Shown here piece by piece: positions 36,824 through 46,156 of a DNA stretch of 64,000 nucleotides (positions are counted from its first letter, which is position 1; every line of letters begins with the position of its first letter). This stretch comes from Bradymonadia bacterium (GTDB taxonomy: Bacteria; Myxococcota_A; Bradymonadia; UBA7976; UBA1532), in assembly GCA_046290225.1 (NCBI GenBank), contig JBKAGE010000036.1:1-64000 (forward strand). Reading direction: 5' to 3'. Both the position numbers and the translations under genes were made by a program. The notes below the pieces were generated by a model. The model was not told where the DNA came from and ran no database searches. It saw only the letters and a list, made by a program, of their open reading frames with translations.

Positions 36824-37662
36824 ACACCACGCCTCTCACCACCAAACACCAGCACCTGCGCCGCCTGCTCAAAGAGATGGGTGATGTCCTCATCGCCTAT
36901 TCTGGAGGCGTCGACTCGGCCTTTTTGCTCCACGAAGCCGTCCAGGTACTCGGCGATCGAGCAGTGGCCCTCACCGCCCGCTCAGGCAGCTACCCGCCCT
37001 GGGAGCTCGAAGAGGCCCGCACCCTCGCCGAGCAGATGGGGGCCCGGATGATCGAGGTGGACAGCTTCGAGATGGAGCGCCCTGGATATCGCGCCAATGC
37101 GGGTGATCGCTGCTACCACTGCAAGACCGAGCTCTTCGAGATCGCCGAGGCCCACGCCGAGGCCTTGAGCATGGGCACGCTGTGCTATGGCGCCATCCCC
37201 GACGATCTCGGCGATCATCGACCGGGCATGCAGGCGGCGAAGGAGCGCTCGGTCCGAGCACCTCTCATTGAGGCAGGGCTCAACAAGGCCGACATCCGGC
37301 AGCTTTCGAAGGCAGCAGGGCTGCCCACATGGGACAAGCCAGCCTCGGCCTGCCTGTCGAGCCGGTTCCCCTACGGCACCGAGATCACTCCGGACCGCCT
37401 GGATCAGGTGGCCCGGTGCGAAGCAGGCTGGCTGGCGTTGGGCTTCCGGCAGTTCCGCGCCCGCTTCCACGGGCAGCTGGTGCGACTGGAGCTTTCAGTG
37501 GACGAGATGCCCCGCCTGCTCGGTGACGCCGCTTTGCTCGCTGAGGTCGTTCGAGTGGGGAAAGAGGCCGGCTTCCTTCACGTGAGCCTGGATCTCGAAG
37601 GCTATCGGAGCGGCAGCGCCAACGCCGCCCTGGTTCAGCTCGACGAGCCACGCCAACGCTGA
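36820..37662 (+). CDS. larE: ATP-dependent sulfur transferase LarE family
   Basis: PP-loop AYSGGVDS, DRCYHCK, DDLGDHRPG, WDKPASACLSSRFPYG, LEGYRSGS; ATGA overlap with JAB. Confidence 0.92.
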   Translation: MNTTPLTTKHQHLRRLLKEMGDVLIAYSGGVDSAFLLHEAVQVLGDRAVALTARSGSYPPWELEEARTLAEQMGARMIEVDSFEMERPGYRANAGDRCYHCKTELFEIAEAHAEALSMGTLCYGAIPDDLGDHRPGMQAAKERSVRAPLIEAGLNKADIRQLSKAAGLPTWDKPASACLSSRFPYGTEITPDRLDQVARCEAGWLALGFRQFRARFHGQLVRLELSVDEMPRLLGDAALLAEVVRVGKEAGFLHVSLDLEGYRSGSANAALVQLDEPRQR

Positions 37663-37668
37663 GTTGAC

Positions 37669-38994
37669 TCAGTCGAAGTCGTGCCGGAACTGCAGGGCCA
37701 TGTGCCAGATCTGGCCCCCTGCTGTGTACGAGCCCACCGAAGACGCCACCCCTTCTGCCTTGCGCATCTCTCGATCCGTCAAGAACGTGCCCTGAATCGA
37801 GAGATCGAGGGTGATGGGTGATCGGTGCATGGCCAGGGGGTCGGGGAAGGTGTAGCCGAAGCCCAGGCCGATCTGATGGGCGGCGCTGTCGATGTAGTTC
37901 GGCGCCTGTGTCTGCTGAGGCAGCGGCGTCGGATGAAACCCGTAGCCCCCGCGCAAGGCCCAGAAGTCGTTGGGCCGCCACTCCATGCCCAGGCGCACAT
38001 CGAGTGTGTCTTTGGCGCCGAGGTCGACAGGGGTGGCGCCCACGTCCACCGAGCCCTTGTCGATGGGCTCACCGTCGAGCAACAGGTTGAAGCTCGCCGA
38101 GGGATCAGGTGAGAGGCTCCACCGAGACCACACGAGATCAGCCGTGGCCGAGAGCGACTGATGCTTCCAGCTCGCGCCCCAGGTGTAGGTCGGGGGCGTC
38201 CAGAGCGCCTGCCCTTCCACCACGGCCACCATGCGGCCGGCCCCCTGAATGGTCAGATCTGTGGACAGTGAGTAGTCGAGCGACAGCGCCCCCCGATAGG
38301 AGAACCCCAGTCGCCAGTCATCGGCAGGCTGTACGAGCACCCCGGCGATGGGTGCGCTGGCGGTCTCCAGATCTACGGCCAGGTCACGCCTCAAGAACCG
38401 ACGGCCCAATGGGTCGAGGGTGGCGGTGGCTTTGCCCGTGAGGGTGCCCAGGAGTTGCCCCCCGACGCCGATGGACACCCGGTCGTGCACGCGATAGGCA
38501 AGGCCTGCCGCCATGACCAGCTTGTCGGTGAGGGCATCGTATCGGTGAAAATGCGGCGTCTGTACGTCGACAGCGTCGACTCGAGTGACCTGGATTGTGG
38601 GCACATAAAGCCCCACGCCGAGGGCGAGCCGATTCTCGATGAGGCCACCCAGGGGGAACAACAGACCCAGGTTGACACCCACGTTGCTCTCAGGCAGCTC
38701 GGTGAGCGGGGCGTCCGCACCAGACTGCTGACGATCGACGTAGAGGCTCGGCACCACCACGTTGAGGCCTGTGCCCACGTGGGGCTTTCCGTGCACTGTG
38801 AGGGCGCCGGGGTTGTAGAACACCGCCGTGTAGTCTTCGCTGGCAGCGCAGTGGGCATTGCCCATCGCCGTCGCTCGGGCACCGAAGCCATACACATCGA
38901 AGAGGCCCGCCGAGGCCACCTGAGGCAAGCAGGCCGCAGCCACGGCCCAGGTGAGCAGCCCCTTGGAGAGCGAGCGCTTGTGGAGCACGTTCAT
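37669..38994 (-). CDS. FadL/OmpP1-family outer-membrane transporter
   Basis: Signal peptide; GFGARATAMGNA, VFYNPGAL plug motif; beta-strand pattern. Confidence 0.85.
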   Translation of the reverse strand: MNVLHKRSLSKGLLTWAVAAACLPQVASAGLFDVYGFGARATAMGNAHCAASEDYTAVFYNPGALTVHGKPHVGTGLNVVVPSLYVDRQQSGADAPLTELPESNVGVNLGLLFPLGGLIENRLALGVGLYVPTIQVTRVDAVDVQTPHFHRYDALTDKLVMAAGLAYRVHDRVSIGVGGQLLGTLTGKATATLDPLGRRFLRRDLAVDLETASAPIAGVLVQPADDWRLGFSYRGALSLDYSLSTDLTIQGAGRMVAVVEGQALWTPPTYTWGASWKHQSLSATADLVWSRWSLSPDPSASFNLLLDGEPIDKGSVDVGATPVDLGAKDTLDVRLGMEWRPNDFWALRGGYGFHPTPLPQQTQAPNYIDSAAHQIGLGFGYTFPDPLAMHRSPITLDLSIQGTFLTDREMRKAEGVASSVGSYTAGGQIWHMALQFRHDFD

Positions 38995-38997
38995 CGG

Positions 38998-39666
38998 TCA
39001 GCTCAACACGTAGACGTCGGCGGGGTGCGCCCGACCCACGACCACAACGCGCTGCTCCACATCGGGTGGGGGCGTCTGGCCGAGGACGTCGAGGGTGCTG
39101 GCATCGGCAAGCACCTGACCCTCTGCCGCAGCGTCTTCGATGGCGCCGGCGAGGGTGGTCAGCTCACCGAGCAGCGTCCAGCTGCAGAAAGGCCGCTGGC
39201 CCACCAGACCAGAGAGCGCTTTGCCAGAGGCCAGGCCACAGGCCACCCCCTTCACGCCCACCTCGAGGCTCTGCTGCAGTTGTAGGGGCAAGTCAGCAAG
39301 ACGGCTCTGAATCAGCTGTGCAGCCCTCACCGCCTGCTCTGCGGAGACGTGTGCCTCCAGCCGTCTGGGGGCGCCGAAGACCGCATGGACTTGATCGTCG
39401 ATGATGCGGTCGATGCATCCCCCCTGCTCGACCAGGATCGAGATCACGGGCCCGAAGTAGTGTGCATTGAGCGCCGCGAAGACCTGTTCAGCATCTTTGA
39501 AATGGCGGCGTGCGGTGCGGAAGCCTCGGAGGTCGACACAGAGTACCGTCACGTCGGTCCAGGCCGGGGCGAGCTGCTCGAGGGAATGCTCCAGGGCGGC
39601 GAGGGTCTCCTTCGACACCCGACCCTGCAGAGCGCTCAGCGCACGCCGGTACAGATCTTCACTCAT
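38998..39666 (-). CDS. Class III adenylate/guanylate cyclase-domain protein, degenerate
   Basis: VTVLCVDLRGF, IDRIIDDQVHAVFGAP, GLASG..LSGLVG; NxxxR motif replaced by TLAGA. Confidence 0.8.
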   Translation of the reverse strand: MSEDLYRRALSALQGRVSKETLAALEHSLEQLAPAWTDVTVLCVDLRGFRTARRHFKDAEQVFAALNAHYFGPVISILVEQGGCIDRIIDDQVHAVFGAPRRLEAHVSAEQAVRAAQLIQSRLADLPLQLQQSLEVGVKGVACGLASGKALSGLVGQRPFCSWTLLGELTTLAGAIEDAAAEGQVLADASTLDVLGQTPPPDVEQRVVVVGRAHPADVYVLS

Positions 39667-40513
39667 CGGCGAGCACCTCCAGGCTGAGATCGACGGCAGT
39701 GGCGGAGTGCGTCAAGGCGCCGATGGCGATGAGATCCACCCCTGCGCGAGCGAAAGCAGCCACTGTGCTGAGATCAACCCCACCGCTGGCCTCGATGAGG
39801 GCGCGGCCTCGGGCCTGGGCCACAGCCTCTGCAGCCTGCTCGGGGGTGAAGTTGTCGATGAGCACGACATCGGCCCCGGCTTCGAGAGCCACCTCGAGGC
39901 CCTGCAGATCCTCCACCTCGATCTCGATGCGCAGAGGGTGTGGTGCCCGAGCTCGGGCTTGCTCCACCGCAACAGCGATGCCACCAGCGGCGGCGAGATG
40001 GTTGTCTTTGATCAAGATGCCGGAGTCGAGGGCGCCGCGATGGTTTCTGCCCCCACCAATGCGCACGGCGTATTTGTCCAGGGCACGCCATCCCGGCAGG
40101 GTCTTGCGGGTACACACGACCTGAGCCGAGGTGCCTTGCACCGCCTCAACATAGCGCCGGGTCAGGGTGGCCACCGCGGACATGCGCTGCATGAAGTTCA
40201 GCAACGGACGCTCCACCACCAGCACGTGGTCGAGCGGGCCTTCGAGATGACCCACGACGGTGCCACCCTCCACCTGAGCACCATCCGCCACAGTCCAACG
40301 GACCGCGGGGGCGCCTGGGCCATATCGCCAGAGCAAGCGCTCCGCGAGGGGGATGCCACACAGCGTCAGCGGAGACCGGGCGATGAGCGCCCCGGTGGCG
40401 GTGACAGTGGGTGGAATCAAGGCTTCGGTGGTCACGTCGCCCACGCCGATGTCTTCTGCGAAGGCGAGGTCGATGAGGGCGTCGATGTGCGGGGTGGGCA
40501 TCAGTCGGATCAT
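39659..40513 (-). CDS. nadC: Quinolinate phosphoribosyltransferase
   Basis: EDIGVGDVTT, ERPLLN, TRKTLPG, GGGRNHR, LIKDNH, EIEVE, EASGG, GALTHSA. Confidence 0.96.
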   Translation of the reverse strand: MIRLMPTPHIDALIDLAFAEDIGVGDVTTEALIPPTVTATGALIARSPLTLCGIPLAERLLWRYGPGAPAVRWTVADGAQVEGGTVVGHLEGPLDHVLVVERPLLNFMQRMSAVATLTRRYVEAVQGTSAQVVCTRKTLPGWRALDKYAVRIGGGRNHRGALDSGILIKDNHLAAAGGIAVAVEQARARAPHPLRIEIEVEDLQGLEVALEAGADVVLIDNFTPEQAAEAVAQARGRALIEASGGVDLSTVAAFARAGVDLIAIGALTHSATAVDLSLEVLADE

Positions 40514-40690
40514 GGAATGGCCGTACCACGTCGCACGGTTTGCCGCAACAGCGGCTCATCGAGGCGAAAGACGTCGGCGGCCTTCACACCAACCCTTGCG
40601 GGCGATACGGTGCGGCGACCTCGAACCCTACGCCTGCAGGCGCCTCGAGCAGCTCTCTCTCTGCCTGTTCGCAGCTCCAGTGGAGGATGC

Positions 40691-41956
40691 ATGTACCCTT
40701 TGATCTGGCCCATCACTCTGATTCTCGCTCAACTCGGCGGCCCCCTCGGCAGTGACAAGGCCGATCCCAAGGCCCTCGAGGGCATGGCTCGGGAGGCCCT
40801 CGCCGATGTGGAGTTCATGCGTGGGCAGCAGCTGTCCGCGCCTTTGAAGATGGGGGTGAAGACCAAACCCGAGGTCACCAAGTTCATCCAGCGGCGTTTC
40901 AAAGAAGAGTATGGCCCCGCCTACATCGAGGCCGAGGGTCGCCTGCTCAAGATGTTGGGTTTGATGCCCGCCGACATGAAGTACGGCCAGTTCATGACCG
41001 AGCTGCTCACCGAGCAGGTGGCGGGCTTCTACGACCACACCCGCCAGGAACTGCACATCGCCGCGTGGCTACCGGCAATGATGCAGGGCCCGGTCATGGC
41101 CCACGAGATCTTCCACGCCATCCAAGATCAGGAATGGGGCGGCGGCAAACTCATCGACTCGAAGAAGTACAGCCATGACGCCGTGCTCGCCCACGCAGCC
41201 CTCCTCGAGGGGGACGCCACGGTAGTGATGTTCAACTACACCCAGTACGTCACCCAGAAACAGATGGGGGCTCAGAACGGCGAGTTGCCCGACATCAGCA
41301 CGTCCAAGTTCACCATCGCCACCATGGCCGCCGCCCTCGCTTCTCAGATGGGAGGGGCTGCCTATCCGGTCATGGCCCGGGCGCCCAAGTACATGAAGCA
41401 GAGTCTCATCTTCCCCTATCAGCAAGGGCTGCTCTTCGTCGCAGCGCTCCGACAGGCCGGTTGGGGCTGGGACAAGATCAAGGGGGTGTACGCCGATCCG
41501 CCGAGCTCTACGGAGCAGGTGCTGCACCCGGAGCGGTACCACGGCACTCGAGATCTGCCGAGTGACGTCACCCTTGAAGGCGATTTGCTCCCGGGCTTCA
41601 CCCGCGGATGGGACCACGTCGCTGGAGAGTTTCATTGGCGGGCCTGGCTTCAGAGCGGCCTCGACCAGGGCAAGGCCGAGGAGGGCGCCGCAGGCTGGGA
41701 TGGTGATCGCACGGTCCTGCTCATGAAGGGGGCCGACTCGGTCCTGGCCAGCGCTCAGATCTGGGACGCCCCGGAAGAGGCCGCCTCTTTCGTGAAGGCC
41801 GCTCAGGCGGTCCACGCCACGCGCAGCGGCAAGAAACCAGCCATGAAGATCGCGCAGCGCGGCGACAAGGTGTTCATGGTGCTCGCCCACGACAGCGCCC
41901 TCGCCGATCGCGCCATGACCGCCCTCGAGAAGCAGGCCCGCTTCACCAAACGCTGA
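40691..41956 (+). CDS. Secreted putative zinc metallopeptidase (HExxH)
   Basis: GGAGG RBS; EQVAGFYD, AHEIFHAIQDQ, ALLEGDAT, FPYQQG, PPSSTEQVLHPERY, AAGWDGD. Confidence 0.82.
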   Translation: MYPLIWPITLILAQLGGPLGSDKADPKALEGMAREALADVEFMRGQQLSAPLKMGVKTKPEVTKFIQRRFKEEYGPAYIEAEGRLLKMLGLMPADMKYGQFMTELLTEQVAGFYDHTRQELHIAAWLPAMMQGPVMAHEIFHAIQDQEWGGGKLIDSKKYSHDAVLAHAALLEGDATVVMFNYTQYVTQKQMGAQNGELPDISTSKFTIATMAAALASQMGGAAYPVMARAPKYMKQSLIFPYQQGLLFVAALRQAGWGWDKIKGVYADPPSSTEQVLHPERYHGTRDLPSDVTLEGDLLPGFTRGWDHVAGEFHWRAWLQSGLDQGKAEEGAAGWDGDRTVLLMKGADSVLASAQIWDAPEEAASFVKAAQAVHATRSGKKPAMKIAQRGDKVFMVLAHDSALADRAMTALEKQARFTKR

Positions 41957-42055
41957 GGCCTGCCAGGGTGCCCGAGTCGGTCCCGACCCACCCACCCCCA
42001 ATGCTCTTGGGTCAAATCTGCCGATGTTTCCATCGTGAAGCCGGGAGATGCGCCC

Positions 42056-44299
42056 ATGGCCATTGTGTTCAACAAACTCACCTGCACCTGGGCCTCGCTG
42101 CTGTGGGCAGGCCTCAGTCTGTCCTGGGCCTCGGCGGCCCCGGGGCCCGGTGAGATCCGGCTGTCGGGTGACCGCATCCGCCAGGTGAGCGCCTCCTCGG
42201 AGAGCGAGGTTCACGAGCGAAACCGACCGGTGTACCCCGCCGCCCACCTCACAGACGGCAGAGACTGGTCCGCCTGGGGGAGTACCCCCAGAGATCGTCT
42301 CGGCGCGTGGGTGGAGATCGGGTTCTCTCGTGTCGAGTACGTGAGCCGCCTGGTCTTCGTGCCTGGTGACGCTCGCAATCGCAGCAGCTTCGAAGGATGT
42401 GGCAGGCCAGCGAGGGTGCGTCTGAGCACCGACCAGGGCGAGCGCACTTTCGAACTGGGCGACAAACGCTGGCGCCAGGATCTCGAGATCTCGCCGCCCC
42501 TGGCCGGCCGTTCACTCCGTGTGACGGTGGAGCAGGTACATGGTCGCGGGCGCATCGCTGGGGTGTGTATCTCCGAGATGAAGCTCTATGTGCCTCGGGC
42601 CATCCTCGATGCGCTGCCTCTGCTCACACGACAAATCGAAGAGTCACTCAACGAGCTCGAAGCGGGCCACGAGCCCGAGGCAGCCCTCGCTCGGCTGAAG
42701 TCCATCGGCCGCCCGGCCCTGCCTGCCATGCTGCGACGTCTCGATCCCGATCTGCCTCAACGCACGGCATCGATGCTGGCGGCTCTGGCCGACCTCGGGG
42801 ATCCACAAGCGATCCCCTCGGTGACACAGGTGTTCGAAAGCTCTTCGCCCTACCTGCAGCAACACGCTTTGCTGGCCCTCGTGGCCCTCGGCAGCTCCGA
42901 TCATGTAGATGCACTGGTGCTCAGCTACGCGGGCTCGCAGAACCATGAAGCGCGTCGGGGCATGTTCTCGGCCCTCGCCCGCTCCGGTCACCCCAGAGCC
43001 CTGCCCATCGTACTTGAGGGTGCGCGCTCGGGCTCAGCCCCCATCAGGGCCCTGGCTGCGGCTCACCTCGGCCGCTTTGGTGCTGAGGCGATGCCCCATG
43101 TAAGCGCGCTGCGCAAGAGTCCGGATCCGCACCAGAGAGCAGTGGCCTATGCCGCTCTGGGTACCCTGGCCACTTCGCCGGACTGTACGCCCATCGGCGA
43201 CGGCCTCAATGACGAAGATGGCCTCGTCCGGGGTGCGGCCCTCACTGCCATGAGCCAATGTGATCCAGGGGGCAGCGTCGCTGAGCTCGAGGGGGCGGTG
43301 TACAGCCCCTTCAGTGATGTCCGCAGGGCCGCAGCAGAAGCCCTCGGTCGCCTCACGCCGCCTTCGGGGTTCGACGCGCTGCGCGATCAACTGCTCTTCG
43401 ACGAGACGCTGAGCGTGCGGCTGGCAGCCATCGCGGCCCTTGGCCAATATGGCCTCAAGGCTCAGAAAGATCTGCGACGCCTGGCACTCCAGAGCGGAGA
43501 CGAGGCAAGTGCCCTGGCTGCGGCAGAGGCGATGATCGCGCAGAAACCCTCGGGGATGGTGCTCACGGATCTCCTGAAGGCCTGGTACCCCGGCGTGCAC
43601 ACGCTCGCGTTGAAGGGGCTCAAGGACATGGGTGTCGATGGCCGCGCCGCACTGCTCGCTGTGGCCACTGGCCCCAATGACGTCGCCCGCAAGGCGGCCC
43701 TGAAGCACATCGATCTCGACACGCCCGGCACTGCCGAGGCTCTGTTGATGTATGCCCAGAGCGCGCCCCCACAGGCACTGCCCGACGTACTCGCCCGCCT
43801 CTCCAGCTCCAAGCGCCCCGAGGCCGCCTCGGTGGCCTTGCAGGTGCTCTCACACCCACAGCCTCCGGAGGTCAGGGCCGCTGCCATGCACGTCTTCGGG
43901 CAATGTGGCGATCCGCTTCAAATCACCCCAGCCCTCGTCAAAGGGGTGGCTGACACCTCCCCTGAGGTGCGGATCTCGGCGATCGAGAGCATCGGCGCCC
44001 GCAAACTCATCGGCGCCGCCGAAGTGCTCGAGGTGGCGCTGCTCGAGGTGTCCCCGAGGCCTCAGCGTGTGGCGATCCTTCAGGCCTTGGGTCGAATCGC
44101 CGCAGCCCGCAGCCTCGATCCACTCATCGAGGCCTATCACCGCACCTTCCAAGGTGGGCCATACGATCCGGGCTTCAGGGCCGAGGTGGTCGACGCCATT
44201 GGTAAAATCGGTGGTCGCGAGAGCCTTGACGTCCTCATCGATGCCGCTCTAGACCGGGAGCAGGTGGTTCGGGTGGCCGCCCTCAAGGGCCTGCAGTAA
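42056..44299 (+). CDS. Discoidin-like domain + HEAT-repeat protein
   Basis: Signal-like N-terminus; ASSE...YPAAHLTDG..SAW...GAWVEI...CISEMKL; repeated VRxAAxxALG. Confidence 0.8.
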   Translation: MAIVFNKLTCTWASLLWAGLSLSWASAAPGPGEIRLSGDRIRQVSASSESEVHERNRPVYPAAHLTDGRDWSAWGSTPRDRLGAWVEIGFSRVEYVSRLVFVPGDARNRSSFEGCGRPARVRLSTDQGERTFELGDKRWRQDLEISPPLAGRSLRVTVEQVHGRGRIAGVCISEMKLYVPRAILDALPLLTRQIEESLNELEAGHEPEAALARLKSIGRPALPAMLRRLDPDLPQRTASMLAALADLGDPQAIPSVTQVFESSSPYLQQHALLALVALGSSDHVDALVLSYAGSQNHEARRGMFSALARSGHPRALPIVLEGARSGSAPIRALAAAHLGRFGAEAMPHVSALRKSPDPHQRAVAYAALGTLATSPDCTPIGDGLNDEDGLVRGAALTAMSQCDPGGSVAELEGAVYSPFSDVRRAAAEALGRLTPPSGFDALRDQLLFDETLSVRLAAIAALGQYGLKAQKDLRRLALQSGDEASALAAAEAMIAQKPSGMVLTDLLKAWYPGVHTLALKGLKDMGVDGRAALLAVATGPNDVARKAALKHIDLDTPGTAEALLMYAQSAPPQALPDVLARLSSSKRPEAASVALQVLSHPQPPEVRAAAMHVFGQCGDPLQITPALVKGVADTSPEVRISAIESIGARKLIGAAEVLEVALLEVSPRPQRVAILQALGRIAAARSLDPLIEAYHRTFQGGPYDPGFRAEVVDAIGKIGGRESLDVLIDAALDREQVVRVAALKGLQ

Positions 44300-44356
44300 T
44301 CATACTTCGTACGAAGCGGTCGACGTACGGCCGCCATTGCCCTACCCTCCCCAGCC

Positions 44357-45040
44357 ATGCTCTGGGCCATCGCCATCATCATTGGATACCTGCTCGGCGC
44401 GTTCCCTACGGGGGTACTCGTCGGTCGCCTCTCGGGCCTCGATCCCCGCACCAAGGGCAGCGGGAACATCGGCGCCTCCAACGTCACCCGAACGATGGGG
44501 TGGCGCCTGGGGGCTGCAGTGCTCGTCGTCGACGTGGCCAAGGGCGCCCTGGCCACGGCGTTGCCATTGTGGGTGGGCGGCGACATCGAGCATGCCGCCA
44601 CCGGGGGCTTCATGGCCGTCGTGGGCCACTGCTACCCGGTCTGGTTGAAGTTCAATGGCGGCAAGGGCGTGGCCACAGCGCTGGGGGCCATGCTCGTCGG
44701 CGCCCCTGTTGTCGCCCTCATCACCGCCCTCGTGTGGATCGCTGTGGTGTTCATCACCCGGATCCCCGCCCTGGGCAGCTTGCTCGGGGTGCTCATCTTC
44801 GCCCTGCTCACCCGCCACCCCAGCGTGGACTTCCCCGTGCACGTCATGGCCCTCGGGGTGGCGTTGATCATCGTGGTGCGCCACCGCAGCAACATCCGCG
44901 TGCTCGTCAAGCGGGCCCAGGGCAAGGCACCGCCACCCAAGCGCCGCCGCAATCCGCAACCTGGTGGCGGAGGCCGCACGTCGGGCAAGAAGGTGAACAA
45001 GCACAAGGGCCGCGGCCGGGGTCGTGGTCGTGGGCGCTGA
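44357..45040 (+). CDS. plsY: Glycerol-3-phosphate acyltransferase
   Basis: GYLLGAFPTG, GSGNIGASNV, DVAKG, GHCYPVWLKFNGGKGVAT, RHRSNI. Confidence 0.95.
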   Translation: MLWAIAIIIGYLLGAFPTGVLVGRLSGLDPRTKGSGNIGASNVTRTMGWRLGAAVLVVDVAKGALATALPLWVGGDIEHAATGGFMAVVGHCYPVWLKFNGGKGVATALGAMLVGAPVVALITALVWIAVVFITRIPALGSLLGVLIFALLTRHPSVDFPVHVMALGVALIIVVRHRSNIRVLVKRAQGKAPPPKRRRNPQPGGGGRTSGKKVNKHKGRGRGRGRGR

Positions 45041-45059
45041 GGCGTCCTGGTCCGAGGCG

Positions 45060-46154
45060 CTACAGCTGATCCTGATAGGCCAGTGAGAGGCCCAGCACCT
45101 GTCTGCTGAAGGGCTGATCAGAGGCGAAGGGTGAGAACCAGAAGCCCCCATGGGCCGAGATGCCCCATGGCCCGGTGATGGGGCGCAACACCCTGAAGGT
45201 CACCGAGGAGCGGTTCTCATCATCGAGCAACACAGTGGGGGCGCTGTTCTCCGCGCTCACGGCCACAGTGTTGTCGTACCGCACGTGCTGCACGCCCACC
45301 GCGAGGGAGGCGATGAGCGACCAGGGCAGGCTCGTGGTGCCGCTCAGCTCGAACCGATGCTGAACCAGCCCACCCCCGAACGAATTCGAAGCGTTGTCCA
45401 CCAGCGTGTACCGCACCTGACCCACAGAGTTGCCAACGTACTGCAGTTGAGCGCTCAGGGTGCTCAGGGTGTCTTGCCGACTCGAACCGGCCACGGCAGA
45501 GATCACGGGCACCCCACCCACAGTCTGCTCTCCCCTTAACCTGGGCCCTTCGAAGCGGCGGGTGAGGGCCGAGCCACTCAGGGCGAGCCGTACGCTTCCC
45601 CAGCGAGTGCTCAGGGCCCCCCGGCCGCCAAACCCTTCAGTGCTCTGGGCAGCATTGGGCTTGAAATAGAACCGCTCTACGGTCCCGCGGGTGACGAGCT
45701 GCCATGCGCCCCACCTGAAGCTGGGCCCGACCTCCGCTGAGGTCCGCAGGTAGTCTCGAGGCAGGAACGGATCGCGCGTGCTGCGATCGCGCAACGAGAC
45801 CGCGCCACCCACCGAGACAGCCCCCTTCGGGGTCAGACGGGTCCCCGCCCCCACGGTGAGGCGCTGCAACAACACGTCTTCCTCGGGTCGGTCGAAGAAC
45901 CTCTTCCCACCCCCTTGATACTGTCCGTAGATCGATGCGCCTGGGGCGAGCTTCTCCTGGCTCTGGAGCACGCCGATGACGCGGAGCAGGCCACTGGAAA
46001 TGGAATCGCCCTGGCCTTCTTCGATGCGGGTGACGTTGGTGTCGACGGCAGGGCCGCTCTCGAGACGCAAACGGCCCCGGGCCTCACCAGACAGAGGGTG
46101 CAGGCAGATCACCGCCAGACAGGTGAGCGAGAGCGCGGTGGGCGAGACGATCAC
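45060..46154 (-). CDS. Putative outer-membrane beta-barrel protein
   Basis: Signal peptide; DTNV start motif; alternating amphipathic strands. Confidence 0.65.
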   Translation of the reverse strand: MIVSPTALSLTCLAVICLHPLSGEARGRLRLESGPAVDTNVTRIEEGQGDSISSGLLRVIGVLQSQEKLAPGASIYGQYQGGGKRFFDRPEEDVLLQRLTVGAGTRLTPKGAVSVGGAVSLRDRSTRDPFLPRDYLRTSAEVGPSFRWGAWQLVTRGTVERFYFKPNAAQSTEGFGGRGALSTRWGSVRLALSGSALTRRFEGPRLRGEQTVGGVPVISAVAGSSRQDTLSTLSAQLQYVGNSVGQVRYTLVDNASNSFGGGLVQHRFELSGTTSLPWSLIASLAVGVQHVRYDNTVAVSAENSAPTVLLDDENRSSVTFRVLRPITGPWGISAHGGFWFSPFASDQPFSRQVLGLSLAYQDQL

Positions 46155-46156
46155 CC

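Noticed and set aside
39467..40690. N-terminal half of the 829-aa ORF
   Set aside because: Antisense to nadC; the real start is the ATG at 40691 with GGAGG
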